Source of the DNA: a virus
Taxonomy: Duplodnaviria; Caudoviricetes
DNA length: 53,880 bases
Direction: 5' to 3' (one strand)
IMG/VR virus record: IMGVR_UViG_3300037467_001092
Coordinates: 1 to 53,880 of that record
Shown: positions 34,763 through 44,280 of the stretch, one piece after another
Layout: every line of letters starts with the position of its first letter
Position numbering within the stretch: position 1 is the stretch's first letter
Position numbers and translations under genes: made by a program
Notes under the pieces: generated by a model
What the model was told of the DNA's origin: nothing
The model's input: the letters and a program-made list of their open reading frames with translations, nothing else
The model's database searches: none

Positions 34763-37537
34763 CTAGAGACCTATCCCGATGCGCATTGCGAGCGAGCCTT
34801 GGCGCTGGCTGGTACCGCCTCCAGAGGCCGGGACCACCAGTTCTAGCGCCGCTGGGTTCGTATAGCCCCCGTCATTGGTGAAGGTAATGCTGTGCGTCCC
34901 TGGGGCGGACGGCGTGAAGGTGAAGGTGAGCCCGTTCGACCCGGCCGGCATGCTTTGGGGGTTGAGTGTCCAGGTGCCGCCCTTGTCGCTCGCCGCCGTG
35001 ATGTTACTGATCGCCTTCGGATAGCCAACCGCCTGCACGAGGAAGTCCACCGGGGTTCCGATGGCGTAGGGGCCGGCGGTCTGGGTAGAGGATATCAGCG
35101 TCAGGACCGGCGGCCACACCTCGGAGTCCGCCGCTGACAGGTTCGTCCCCGAGACCTTGGCCCAGGCCCCGTTCGCACCTTGGTTCGGGTTTCCGCTGTT
35201 CCAGGTCGCAGCCACGCCGACACAGAAGTGGGACGGCTGCGTACCGCCCAACGGGGCCTCGCCGTTCGCGCCGATATAGGCGGCGTCGAATTTGTCGCGA
35301 ATGGTGCTGTCGTTGAGGTCGAGGGCGACGCCAGGGTGCAGCCAGTAATAGCCCAAGAGACCCGTGAAGGTCGATCCGAGTTGGCCTTGCGTCGCGCCAT
35401 CCCAGTTCAGCACACCACCACTGGACCAGGTTGAAGCTGCGGTGTTGTCCGCTACCCCGTCCACATAGACGATCAGGCCCGCCGAGGATGTGGCCTGCGA
35501 CAGATCCACCGACATGAGCACGGTGTGGAGCGTGTTGTTGTCTACCGGCGTCGCCGCCAGGTTGACAATCATGATGTTGGAGTTCGCCGAGTTGGTGAGC
35601 GTAACCCGGATCTTCTTGGTGGAGTTCAGCATCTGAACCGAGACACGGCCGATGTTGGACGGATTGGTGAACACCAGCGTATTGTCTGAAGAGATGGTGT
35701 TGAGCTTGTACTGGAACGCCAGCGTGAGCTTGCTATTGTCGGTAGAGCCATAGCCTCCGGCCGCCGTCTGGCGCCAAAGGCTGTCGCTGCTCCACTGGTT
35801 GAGAGGAAAGGCCACGGTGCTCTCCGTTCCGAGACGCCAGGTAAAGCTCTCGCTGCCGACGCTGAAGGTCTTGTTGAGGGTGACAGCGCCCGCGGAACTG
35901 CTCGTCGCGCGGACCTGAAGGAACTTGCCGTCCGTGACGCTCCCGGTGGAGGATGACCACGACGTGGCGTTGGTACCGCTGGTATCGTCTGCCGAGCGCC
36001 ACTCGACACCCGAGCCGGGGGTTATCGTCCTGGTGGTCTTGCCGGCGTGGATATAGCCCCACTCGCTGGTCACCAGCGTGTTGAGCGCCTGGTCCAGCTT
36101 GTCGCGAATGCCGACGTAGGACGGCAGATCGGTGTAGGGCTTGCTGTCGGTAGACCAGCGGGCGCGGAAGGTCGAGATCGTGTCACCCGACCGCACAGCG
36201 CCGTAGTCGGCATAGGCCGACTTGGGCGTGAAGGTCGAGATCACCTCGCTATCCGTGTCGATGACGCTCCAGTCCGCCGGTTGGTTGAAGCCAGTGTTGT
36301 AGGACGAAGCGGACGCGCCGGTGGGCAGGATGAGGTTCGGCGTGTGAGATGCATCCACCTCGGCGCGGTAGATCATCCGCTCGCCGATGTTGTGACCGAT
36401 GAAGTTCTTGCCGGCATAGTTGGGATCGTTGACCACATCGAATGTGGACGCGTTCACGGTGGAGGCTGGCTTGCCGGTATTCGGGTTGGCGTAGAGCTCG
36501 TTCTGCCTGGCCGTATTCCGTGTCGGAATCGTCAGGACCGTATTGCGGTAGACATACGCATAGGCTGATCCGCGCGTGCCTTCGTTGTTTAGGCAGACCC
36601 CTTTGTCTGAGATGCGCGAGAGCAGCAGATTGTCCACGACGAGGGGCGCGACGAAAGGATAGCCCAGCGGAACGTCACTGAGGAACACGCGCTGCGGCTG
36701 GCCTCGATAATTCTCGCCGTAGTAGGCGATATTCCCAGCCAGGACGAGATTGGTAATCGGCGTCGTGCTGTCGCCGCTGCCCGTGTCGGCGCTGAAGATC
36801 TGGAACAGGTCGGCGTGCGGGTTCTCGGGGTCTTGCGGCTGACACCAACCGGAGTTCTCAAACAGGTTCCCGGTGATGTCGAGAAGCTGAATGGGCGTGA
36901 AGGACCCGCCGGGGAAGCAGACGAGGATGCTGTCGGCGTAGGAGCGTCGGAAGTTGTTGTTGCGGATCTTGTACGTGCCGCCGCCCGCCAACAGAAGGAC
37001 GAGCTGCGTGCCGTTGTCCTCGAAATCGCAGTTCTGGATGGTCAGGTCGCCGGTCGCATACGACGAGGTGTTGCGGAAACCCGTGGTGTAGACGTAGAAG
37101 CCGTTGGTCACCGGCCAGTTGGAAGTTGCCCCGTCCCCGATCTCGGCAATGTACTTGTTGCCGGCATTCGTCGGGTCGAGATCCGCCCAGCTGTCAGGCC
37201 CGTAGCCCGAGCGGATCTTCAGGTTATCGAGGACGGTCCCGCCAAGGTTCCCCGTGGCGTACTCGAACATGTACGACTTCACCTGACCATCTACGGCCGG
37301 GTTCCAGTTCATCTGGATCGTGAAGTCCTGGAACGTGATGCCGGGCTTCTGGACCTTGATCGATGCGATAGTCGCTGCCCGCGTCTGGCCGCGGATCGTG
37401 ATCGGAGAAGCCGTTGTGCTCGGCACGGTGAGGTGCGTGAACGTGCCCGTCGTGGTCAGTTCGAGCACATCGCCCGCCACGCACGCGGCGAGTTGCGTGA
37501 CGAAGCTGGCGTCGTCGGTGGCCTGCCGGACTGTCAT
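34763..37537 (-). CDS. Fibre/spike protein: beta-helix depolymerase-like domain, lectin (LamG-like) and Ig-like domains
   Basis: AGDVLEL cap, HADLFQIF, Asn-ladder repeats, HTVLMSVD..IVYVDG, C-terminal MRIGIGL. Confidence 0.7.
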   Translation of the reverse strand: MTVRQATDDASFVTQLAACVAGDVLELTTTGTFTHLTVPSTTASPITIRGQTRAATIASIKVQKPGITFQDFTIQMNWNPAVDGQVKSYMFEYATGNLGGTVLDNLKIRSGYGPDSWADLDPTNAGNKYIAEIGDGATSNWPVTNGFYVYTTGFRNTSSYATGDLTIQNCDFEDNGTQLVLLLAGGGTYKIRNNNFRRSYADSILVCFPGGSFTPIQLLDITGNLFENSGWCQPQDPENPHADLFQIFSADTGSGDSTTPITNLVLAGNIAYYGENYRGQPQRVFLSDVPLGYPFVAPLVVDNLLLSRISDKGVCLNNEGTRGSAYAYVYRNTVLTIPTRNTARQNELYANPNTGKPASTVNASTFDVVNDPNYAGKNFIGHNIGERMIYRAEVDASHTPNLILPTGASASSYNTGFNQPADWSVIDTDSEVISTFTPKSAYADYGAVRSGDTISTFRARWSTDSKPYTDLPSYVGIRDKLDQALNTLVTSEWGYIHAGKTTRTITPGSGVEWRSADDTSGTNATSWSSSTGSVTDGKFLQVRATSSSAGAVTLNKTFSVGSESFTWRLGTESTVAFPLNQWSSDSLWRQTAAGGYGSTDNSKLTLAFQYKLNTISSDNTLVFTNPSNIGRVSVQMLNSTKKIRVTLTNSANSNIMIVNLAATPVDNNTLHTVLMSVDLSQATSSAGLIVYVDGVADNTAASTWSSGGVLNWDGATQGQLGSTFTGLLGYYWLHPGVALDLNDSTIRDKFDAAYIGANGEAPLGGTQPSHFCVGVAATWNSGNPNQGANGAWAKVSGTNLSAADSEVWPPVLTLISSTQTAGPYAIGTPVDFLVQAVGYPKAISNITAASDKGGTWTLNPQSMPAGSNGLTFTFTPSAPGTHSITFTNDGGYTNPAALELVVPASGGGTSQRQGSLAMRIGIGL

Positions 37538-37546
37538 CGGCTGGCC

Positions 37547-38572
37547 TTAGGTTTCGCCGTAGCCGCGCTTCGGGCGGACGAGATACTTGCCGTTCATCGT
37601 GTTGGCGGAGATCAGCAGGCGAATGTTGGTCGCCCGGCCGTAGGTCGCGCCGCAGAAGGCAAAGCCGGTGAAGGTGGTATATTCGCCCGTGTTGGCGATG
37701 CCATCGGCCCGCCAGCGGATCACGGTGGCCTCGTTGCCGCTCGTGGGGGTGACGATATCGAAGGTGATCCGGCCGGATTTGTTGGCCGCGCCGTTCATGT
37801 TCGACGTGATCTGGGCGCTTGTCGCCGTCGTGTGCGCCGTCACCGTGTTGCCGGTCCCGGTGAGCGCCTGGTTATACATGTAGTCGTAGTCAGCCGCGCC
37901 GGACTTGTAGGTCCCGCCGCTGTCGTGGCTGGTGCGGAGCGAGATGTTGCCGTTGCCGGCCTGGCCGAAGTCCCAGATTTCCACTTCGTAGGCCCGAACG
38001 CCGGTCGGGTCGTTCGGCAAGGTGATGTCTACCTGCGTCACGCCCGCGAAGGTCGTGGCCTCCGTGTAGACGACGCCCGCGAGCTTCTTGCTGTTTTCCT
38101 TGATGCGTCCGGTGACGTTGAACAGGGCGGCGTCGGCAGTCCAGCTGTCGGCCTGGGTGCCGTTCCAGCCCCCAAGGCGGCCCGTGCCCCCGGTGTTGTC
38201 CGGAGAGGCGTCCCCGGTCTCCCAGTAGGTGATGCCGCCCGAGCCGCGGATCTGGACCCGCGAGTTGGTGAAATCCTTGCTGAAGGTGGAGCCGTCAGAG
38301 CCCACGGCGGGAACGTCGTCGATGCTGTCCAGCACGTTGTTCGAGGCGTCGAGGATCGCGACGTCGTAGTTGGCCGAGGCGCAGAAGATTTGCGGCGCCC
38401 AGCCGTCGCTGTCCGCCACCACGGGATTGGTGAGCGGCGTGGTTAGGCCGGTGTCGCTGTAAAGGCTGGCGAGCGTGGTGGTGTTTGCGTTGTAGACCCG
38501 AACCTTGCCGCCATTGACGACGACATTTGCCGCCGTGGTCACGCGGAACACAGGGGGAAGGAGTGACGCCAT
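37547..38572 (-). CDS. Tail fibre/spike with virion-attachment N-terminus
   Basis: GGKVRVYNANTTTLASLYSD..TPLTNPVVADSDG. Confidence 0.7.
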   Translation of the reverse strand: MASLLPPVFRVTTAANVVVNGGKVRVYNANTTTLASLYSDTGLTTPLTNPVVADSDGWAPQIFCASANYDVAILDASNNVLDSIDDVPAVGSDGSTFSKDFTNSRVQIRGSGGITYWETGDASPDNTGGTGRLGGWNGTQADSWTADAALFNVTGRIKENSKKLAGVVYTEATTFAGVTQVDITLPNDPTGVRAYEVEIWDFGQAGNGNISLRTSHDSGGTYKSGAADYDYMYNQALTGTGNTVTAHTTATSAQITSNMNGAANKSGRITFDIVTPTSGNEATVIRWRADGIANTGEYTTFTGFAFCGATYGRATNIRLLISANTMNGKYLVRPKRGYGET

Positions 38573-38628
38573 TCAGGCCTCATGCGAAATGCCGCGCAGA
38601 AGCCGCGCGGGTGTGGTAGGGGTGGGTT

Positions 38629-38862
38629 GTGAGAGACGACGAAATCCGCTGGGAACTCGGCGAGCGCGTGATGGCCTCGAACGGGTTCGTCCCCGGTCTG
38701 TTTATCTTCGTGTACGCAGCCGTGATCGGCTGGAAGTGGACGGCTAGGGCTGTGCGAAGGGGTTGGCTGGCGGTGCGGCCCGTGCCCCGCCTGCGACTCC
38801 CGCCGCCCTTGAAAGCTTTGCCGCCACCTGCTGATAGAGTTCCCTGGCCGCTGGATCGTTAG
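38629..38862 (+). CDS. Small antisense membrane protein
   Basis: One TM, sits in the gap after the ejection gene where P22-like phages carry morons. Confidence 0.35.
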   Translation: MRDDEIRWELGERVMASNGFVPGLFIFVYAAVIGWKWTARAVRRGWLAVRPVPRLRLPPPLKALPPPADRVPWPLDR

Positions 38863-40507
38863 CGGCCTCTTCCGCCAAGGCAGCGAGAAGCTGGCGCTGT
38901 TCCTGCCCGGCGATGCGTTCGTTCAGCAGCCGGTTGGCAATCTCAACGGCGCGCGGGCTATAGGCCGCCGCCGTCCCGCCAATCGTAGCCGCCATGGGCA
39001 GGACGGATAGCGGATTGGACAGAGCCGCAGCCCCGCCCCCGCCCGAAATCGCCATCTGCGCAACGCGCCGGCCGGTCCCGCTGTCCGGCGTCTTGTTCGA
39101 CAGGATGCGCTCGCCTGCCAGCGCCAGGTCCTGGTTCAGAACCTCGCCTCGAGCGATGCCCCGACGACGGATGCGCTTGTCACCGGAGCTGATCGCAGCG
39201 GCGAATTGCTTGGGCGTGAACACCCCGCCCTCCGCCCCTCGGGTCGAAGCGGCTTTTTCCGCCTGCGCCAGGGTCGCCCATCCGCGGTCGATGGCGGCTT
39301 TTTCAGAGGCGAACTTGGGGTTCTGCCGCACGGCGAGGTTGGCCAGGGAATCGCGAACGGTCTTCAGCGCCTCAGTCATAGCGACGTGATCAGGGTCGGC
39401 GGAGCCTGAGTAACGGTTGATTTCGAAGTCCAGGCCGGTTTCGATCTGCTTGAAGCGCTTGCCGTCGATCACCCCGCCGTCTGCCGCCGAGATGCTGGTG
39501 ACGCGCTTGTCGAGGATGCGAGCAAGATCCTTCTGCGCGCCCTCGCTCATGGTCTCGGCGGTCGGGCCGATCTTGCGGACGTTGGCGACGAAGCGGGCGT
39601 CTGGACGGATCGTCCCCTCGGGTAGCACCTTCTTGTAGGCGGCCGAGAGCTTGTCCCCGGCGTACTTCACCGACGCCGAGCCCGGCGCAACCGTGTCGGG
39701 CACGGTCTCGCCGATGGGCTTCAGGGCGCGGTTCAGGACGGCGCGGTTGAAGCTCTCCTGCCCTTCCGTCTGGCGCGCGACGATGCGGTCTCCGCCGAAG
39801 GGTATGGAGGTTGCGGCCTCTTCCGCGGTCTTCGCGACCTTGCCCCGCATCTGACCGTGGGTTAGCTGCACGCCCTCGCCAGCCAATAGGGCAACGTCCC
39901 TGTCCACCGGCTTCGGCGCCTTTGCCGTACGAGGCGTAGCAAGCGCTCCACCCGCAGCACCGAGACCCAACGTCACCGGGTCGCGAGCGGCCCTAGACGC
40001 GGCTCCCAGGCGCTGGCGGGCCGTCCCACGGTCAGCGGCGGCATAGGTGGCCGCCTGAAGCCCCGCGGTCGTGGCTCCTCGGGCCATATTGGCGGCCATG
40101 GAGCCTTGCGCGAACAGATTGGCCGTGTTGCCCGCTGGCACAGCCGCAGTCGCCGCCATGCCCGTTCCGCGCGCCAGGGCTGCGGCGCGGGGGCGGTCGG
40201 CCGCATAGCTGTCTTCGATCTGGCGTTGCTCCGCCATCGAGCGCTTGAAGTCTCCGACCACGCCGGACACAGGGGTTTTGCCCGAGATGACGTTCCCGGC
40301 CGTCTTGAACCCGGCCGCCATCTCGTCGCCCACGCCCAGGCCACGGTTGAAGTTCGCCATGGCGCCGGTGACTTCGCCGAACAGGTTGCGCTTCGGCGCT
40401 GCCCTCTGCTGGGCATAGGTCCGCATTGCGCGGTCCACCACGGACGGGTCGGTCCCATCCGGGAACTCGTGGATCTGACCATCGGCGGATTGGGCGCGGA
40501 TGCTCAT
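38744..40507 (-). CDS. Large DNA ejection protein
   Basis: Start MSIRAQSADG at 40507, Ala/Gly-rich helical, third of the ejection cluster. Confidence 0.65.
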   Translation of the reverse strand: MSIRAQSADGQIHEFPDGTDPSVVDRAMRTYAQQRAAPKRNLFGEVTGAMANFNRGLGVGDEMAAGFKTAGNVISGKTPVSGVVGDFKRSMAEQRQIEDSYAADRPRAAALARGTGMAATAAVPAGNTANLFAQGSMAANMARGATTAGLQAATYAAADRGTARQRLGAASRAARDPVTLGLGAAGGALATPRTAKAPKPVDRDVALLAGEGVQLTHGQMRGKVAKTAEEAATSIPFGGDRIVARQTEGQESFNRAVLNRALKPIGETVPDTVAPGSASVKYAGDKLSAAYKKVLPEGTIRPDARFVANVRKIGPTAETMSEGAQKDLARILDKRVTSISAADGGVIDGKRFKQIETGLDFEINRYSGSADPDHVAMTEALKTVRDSLANLAVRQNPKFASEKAAIDRGWATLAQAEKAASTRGAEGGVFTPKQFAAAISSGDKRIRRRGIARGEVLNQDLALAGERILSNKTPDSGTGRRVAQMAISGGGGAAALSNPLSVLPMAATIGGTAAAYSPRAVEIANRLLNERIAGQEQRQLLAALAEEAANDPAARELYQQVAAKLSRAAGVAGGARAAPPANPFAQP

Positions 40508-41103
40508 TTGATGCGATTGCCTTGCGCGTCGTAGCGGATGACGTTGCCTTGCGCGACCGTCGGGGCGGGGCGTGGAGCGAAGGGGTTGGTCACGTTGGCG
40601 GCCAACGGCCCGGCGCGCCCCATGGCGCCCTCGAACGCGGCCTTGCGGACTTCGCGCTTCTGGGCGGCAGTCGCAGGCCCCTCGCCGAAACCAGGGAAGT
40701 AGGTGCGGGGAGCGTCGCGGCCCTCCTGCATGTTCTGCCCCGCCCCGGTCATGGCCTTCAGTTGAGCGTCTTGGAACGCGCGCTCCGCCGCCCGGCCACG
40801 GTCTGCCCTGTCGTCGCGGATCAGGGGAGCGAGGCCGCCGATCACCGGCGTGTCCTCGATGGCGCGGGCGAACGAGTTGATCGGGCCGCCCGGATTGTAG
40901 CCGTCGCGAACCGCCTTCTCGTATTGTTGTTCGGAGACGGACATGAGCTTGGCGTAGGTCAGGGACTTGCCCATGTCCTCGGTCGGCTTGCCGGCGTTGG
41001 TCGTCTGGGCGGTCTTCGATGGGGCGGCCGGAACCCACTTGCCGTCCACGAGCATCAGGCGCTCGCCGGTCTTTGGGTTCACGGCGTAGTGCGCACCGGC
41101 CAT
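40504..41103 (-). CDS. Ejection-cluster protein
   Basis: AVNPKTGERLML..GKWVP, coupled to its neighbours. Confidence 0.6.
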   Translation of the reverse strand: MAGAHYAVNPKTGERLMLVDGKWVPAAPSKTAQTTNAGKPTEDMGKSLTYAKLMSVSEQQYEKAVRDGYNPGGPINSFARAIEDTPVIGGLAPLIRDDRADRGRAAERAFQDAQLKAMTGAGQNMQEGRDAPRTYFPGFGEGPATAAQKREVRKAAFEGAMGRAGPLAANVTNPFAPRPAPTVAQGNVIRYDAQGNRIK

Positions 41104-41106
41104 CGC

Positions 41107-41829
41107 CTATTTCTCCATCACGAAACCGGGGGGAAGGTTGGGGATTCCGCCACCACCCGAACGCCCACCGCCTGCACGGGCACGGGACGGCGCAAAGGTC
41201 TTCGGATTGCGGCCGATCACCTGCTTGGTCTCGGGGTCTACCGCGACGCCGCCGTTGCCGATAACCACGGGGCGCATGTCCGGCTCGACCCCGCCCGCTT
41301 TCTGGCCGGTGCGCATGTCCATCACGTCGTAGCCGCCATTGCCGCGGTTGATGACCTGATAGTGCTTCTGAACCTCGCCCGCGAAGAGGCCGAGTTGATC
41401 GTCCGTCAGTTGCTGCTCGGTCAGGCCGGCGAACGGCGTAGGGTCGATGCCGATCTGTTGGAAGATCGGAAGCGACTGCTGCAGGGCGGCGGCGCGTTGC
41501 CCGGCAGGGACCGAGCGGAGGCCCTCAGCGATCTTGATCAGCGCTTGTGCTTGCTGCGCCTTCATTTTGGTTTCGCGGTCCTGCTCGATGTTGCCGCGCT
41601 CGTAAGCCCGGTCGTCATCGGCCTGCTGATCTGCCGTCATCCGCCGGGATTGGTCGATCATGCCGCCACCCGCGAAAGTCTTGGCCGCGCCGACACGATC
41701 CCCGCTCGCGAGCTGCCGACCCGCGCGAACCGTGGTGATGCGGTCGGTGACGCCCTGCTGGCGATCGAACCCGCGATCAAACGCGTTCTCGCCCGTCTCC
41801 AGGGGATCTTGGAAATAATTCCGAGCCAT
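41107..41829 (-). CDS. Ejection-cluster protein
   Basis: Gln/Gly-rich, ends in LPPGFVME. Confidence 0.6.
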   Translation of the reverse strand: MARNYFQDPLETGENAFDRGFDRQQGVTDRITTVRAGRQLASGDRVGAAKTFAGGGMIDQSRRMTADQQADDDRAYERGNIEQDRETKMKAQQAQALIKIAEGLRSVPAGQRAAALQQSLPIFQQIGIDPTPFAGLTEQQLTDDQLGLFAGEVQKHYQVINRGNGGYDVMDMRTGQKAGGVEPDMRPVVIGNGGVAVDPETKQVIGRNPKTFAPSRARAGGGRSGGGGIPNLPPGFVMEK

Positions 41830-43146
41830 CTACCAAGTCCCCCTTGCCCAGTTTCCGGTGAGAGCCGGCGTGCTAGAGCCGCCACCGCCTCCACCCCAGT
41901 TCGCGAAGAGGTTCGATGCTGTGCCCGCCAGGGAGCCCACCATCCCGCTGTTGGCGTTCGCTCGGGCATAGGCGGCATCCGCCTGGTTGTTCGCCTGGGA
42001 GCCGTAGATCCCGGTTTGCTGGTTGGCGTTGTTCGTCACCGCGCCGGAGACGTTGCCCGCTGCGCCCACGCCAATCCGCGTCAGGTCGAACAGGTTGCCG
42101 ATGCGAGTGTCTTCGCGGCCGGTCTGATAGCTGCGGTCGGTGTTGAAGTTCCGGTCCCCGCGGTCGGTGCCATACTGCCACAACGACGTGTCGTAGGCGC
42201 GCTGATTATTGTACTGGTTGTTGGCGTTGTTGTAGAGTGTGTTCTGACGCGCAAACCAGTTGTTGTATTCCTGGCTGGCAAGGTCGGACGATAGCGTTGC
42301 GAGCGACTTGGCGGCGTCGCCGGAGCGCAGCTTGCCGCGAACCGCCGACTTGGCGTTCACCCCATCGAGCGCCTGGTTGCGGCGGTAGGCGGCGCCCGGA
42401 TCGGCTTCGAAGTTGGAGAAGAACGAGTTCAGGTCCGGAGCTGCGCCAAACGAGGTCGGCGGAGCCTGCGCGTCCGGCCGGGCTGCGTTCATCAGGTTCG
42501 GAGCCGCGTTCGGGTCCTGCGCAGCGGGGGTTTGTGGAGCCTGAGACGCGACCGGAGCCGCGTTCGGGACGGGGCGGTCATGGAACGTCTGGGCGTGATA
42601 CTGCCCGTAGTCCATCGCATCGATCTTGCCGTCAGCGTTCATGTCGCCGATGGCGTTCGGGTCTATGGACACGACACGTTGGGCTTCGGCGGCGACGTCA
42701 GGGTTCTGGGCGAGGTAGGCGGCGTAGTCGGGCTGGTTGGCCTGCGCGGGCGCTTGCAGCGGCGAGGTGCCAGCCGGGCCACCGTAGGTCTTGGCCCCAC
42801 CTGGGGCGGGGTCGAAGCCGGCGGCGATCCGCGGCGGGGCTGCGGCAGGCGCACGATTGACGTTTCCCGAGGCGTCATAGCTCAGCGCCGGAGCGGGGGC
42901 CTGCCCAGTGACGCCCTGCCCACCGATGCCGAACTGCTGGAGGAGCGCCGCATAGGACTGCTGTCCGCCATTGATGAAGGGCTGGTTGAGGCCGGTGATG
43001 CGATCCAGTGCGGCTTGCTGGGCGGCAATCTGCTTGTCCGTGGCCGCGTCCTGCGCCTTCAGCGCCTTGTTGGAAGCCTTCTTGGCCTGCGACGCACCGT
43101 AGACGGTGGCGGCCCCGCCAATGACTGCGGCTGCGACTACTGGCAT
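41830..43146 (-). CDS. DNA transfer (pilot) protein, P22 gp7-like
   Basis: MPVVAAAVIGGAATVYGASQAKKA, ADPGAAYR, GKLRSG. Confidence 0.7.
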   Translation of the reverse strand: MPVVAAAVIGGAATVYGASQAKKASNKALKAQDAATDKQIAAQQAALDRITGLNQPFINGGQQSYAALLQQFGIGGQGVTGQAPAPALSYDASGNVNRAPAAAPPRIAAGFDPAPGGAKTYGGPAGTSPLQAPAQANQPDYAAYLAQNPDVAAEAQRVVSIDPNAIGDMNADGKIDAMDYGQYHAQTFHDRPVPNAAPVASQAPQTPAAQDPNAAPNLMNAARPDAQAPPTSFGAAPDLNSFFSNFEADPGAAYRRNQALDGVNAKSAVRGKLRSGDAAKSLATLSSDLASQEYNNWFARQNTLYNNANNQYNNQRAYDTSLWQYGTDRGDRNFNTDRSYQTGREDTRIGNLFDLTRIGVGAAGNVSGAVTNNANQQTGIYGSQANNQADAAYARANANSGMVGSLAGTASNLFANWGGGGGGSSTPALTGNWARGTW

Positions 43147-43604
43147 TGCGGCATCCTCTGGCGGGCGGGCGAGACTTCCCAGGCGCTACGGGTCAAAACC
43201 CACGTGCGGAGTTCGGCGGCGAGTTGCGGGACGTGATGAAAGGCGCTCGCCGGGGCGAAGCGAAACGAGAGCGGCGGCTGAGACCGACGATTGCCACGCA
43301 CCTCGTGCGTCACTACGAGGTCAGCGCCGGCAGAGAATATGCGGCTGAAGGCTTGCTTGGCGGCGCTAGCTACTTCGCGGCCCCAGCCCTCGGGGGTGTA
43401 CATGGTGTGCAGCTCGTAGACCCTTCCCAGGCCATCCAGGCGGATGAAGATGAAGCCGCCATGCTCCGAGGCCAGCGGCGTGACGGTCGGGTTCGTGACC
43501 ACTTCGGACAGGTCGAGTTCGTGGCCTAGCGTCACGTGCGGCTTGACCTCGGGGTGCTCACAGATTGCGTTCCAGAAGGTCGGATCGCGTTCCTCGCGGA
43601 TCAC
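43137..43604 (-). CDS. GNAT-fold virion assembly protein (P22 gp14-like)
   Basis: VYELHTMYTPEGWGREV, precedes the pilot protein, GTG start. Confidence 0.55.
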   Translation of the reverse strand: MIREERDPTFWNAICEHPEVKPHVTLGHELDLSEVVTNPTVTPLASEHGGFIFIRLDGLGRVYELHTMYTPEGWGREVASAAKQAFSRIFSAGADLVVTHEVRGNRRSQPPLSFRFAPASAFHHVPQLAAELRTWVLTRSAWEVSPARQRMPQCQ

Positions 43605-43852
43605 GCGAACACGTCCCAGAAGGCGACCGTCCCCCGGCCATCCGGCTCCGACACCGGCCCGAACGGCAGACGTTCCCGCGTTGGGAACGCCACCTCCCAC
43701 CAGGCCCGCATGTAGCGGGTCGGCGAGCGGTCCTGCTCCACCAGGGGCGTATTGGAGACGATGGGCTGGAGCGCACCCTTCTGGGCGCATTGCAGCCGCA
43801 TCGCCAGGGAGGCCTTGCCCCCCTCGAACAGCACGATGTTGCGGACGCTCAT
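43601..43852 (-). CDS. Hypothetical protein
   Basis: Coupled 83-aa ORF in the tail operon. Confidence 0.5.
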   Translation of the reverse strand: MSVRNIVLFEGGKASLAMRLQCAQKGALQPIVSNTPLVEQDRSPTRYMRAWWEVAFPTRERLPFGPVSEPDGRGTVAFWDVFA

Positions 43853-44280
43853 CGGCGGAACATGTTGTTTACTGGCGGGACAAGCCGACTACCAGGCTCG
43901 ACGTCCCTAAAGTAGTTCTGGAGCTGTGCTCCACTTCTGTATTTCAGATTGTCGGGCGACGCGAAGAAGATCCACTTACCGTCAGGCGTCTCTACCCAGT
44001 TGCCGCCCGTCTGCTGTTTTCCGCTATACTGACTTTCGGCGCTGAAAGTGGGGTGGTTGGGCTTCTTCCACGTGTCGGGAAGGTGGCCGTTACCCGCCTC
44101 TTGGGCGTTCGCCCTCCAGGCCCCGCGAAGGTCGTAATCGTCGATGTTTTGCAGGTTGCGCGGCAAGCGAGCTCGCCACTGCTGGAAGTTCGCCTCCTCT
44201 TGCGGTGACAGGCCGGTGTTGAATTGGGCTGCGAACGGATTAGGGGACATTGAAGGCAACCCCGGAAACCCGCCTGACAA
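43849..44280 (-). CDS. Conserved phage protein of unknown function (start may be 44250)
   Basis: DYDLRGAW...GHLPDTWKKPNHPTFSAES. Confidence 0.65.
   Translation of the reverse strand: MSGGFPGLPSMSPNPFAAQFNTGLSPQEEANFQQWRARLPRNLQNIDDYDLRGAWRANAQEAGNGHLPDTWKKPNHPTFSAESQYSGKQQTGGNWVETPDGKWIFFASPDNLKYRSGAQLQNYFRDVEPGSRLVPPVNNMFRR

Noticed and set aside
34763-38572. Diversity-generating retroelement targeting the fibres
   Set aside because: No reverse transcriptase and no adenine-variable repeat pair seen.
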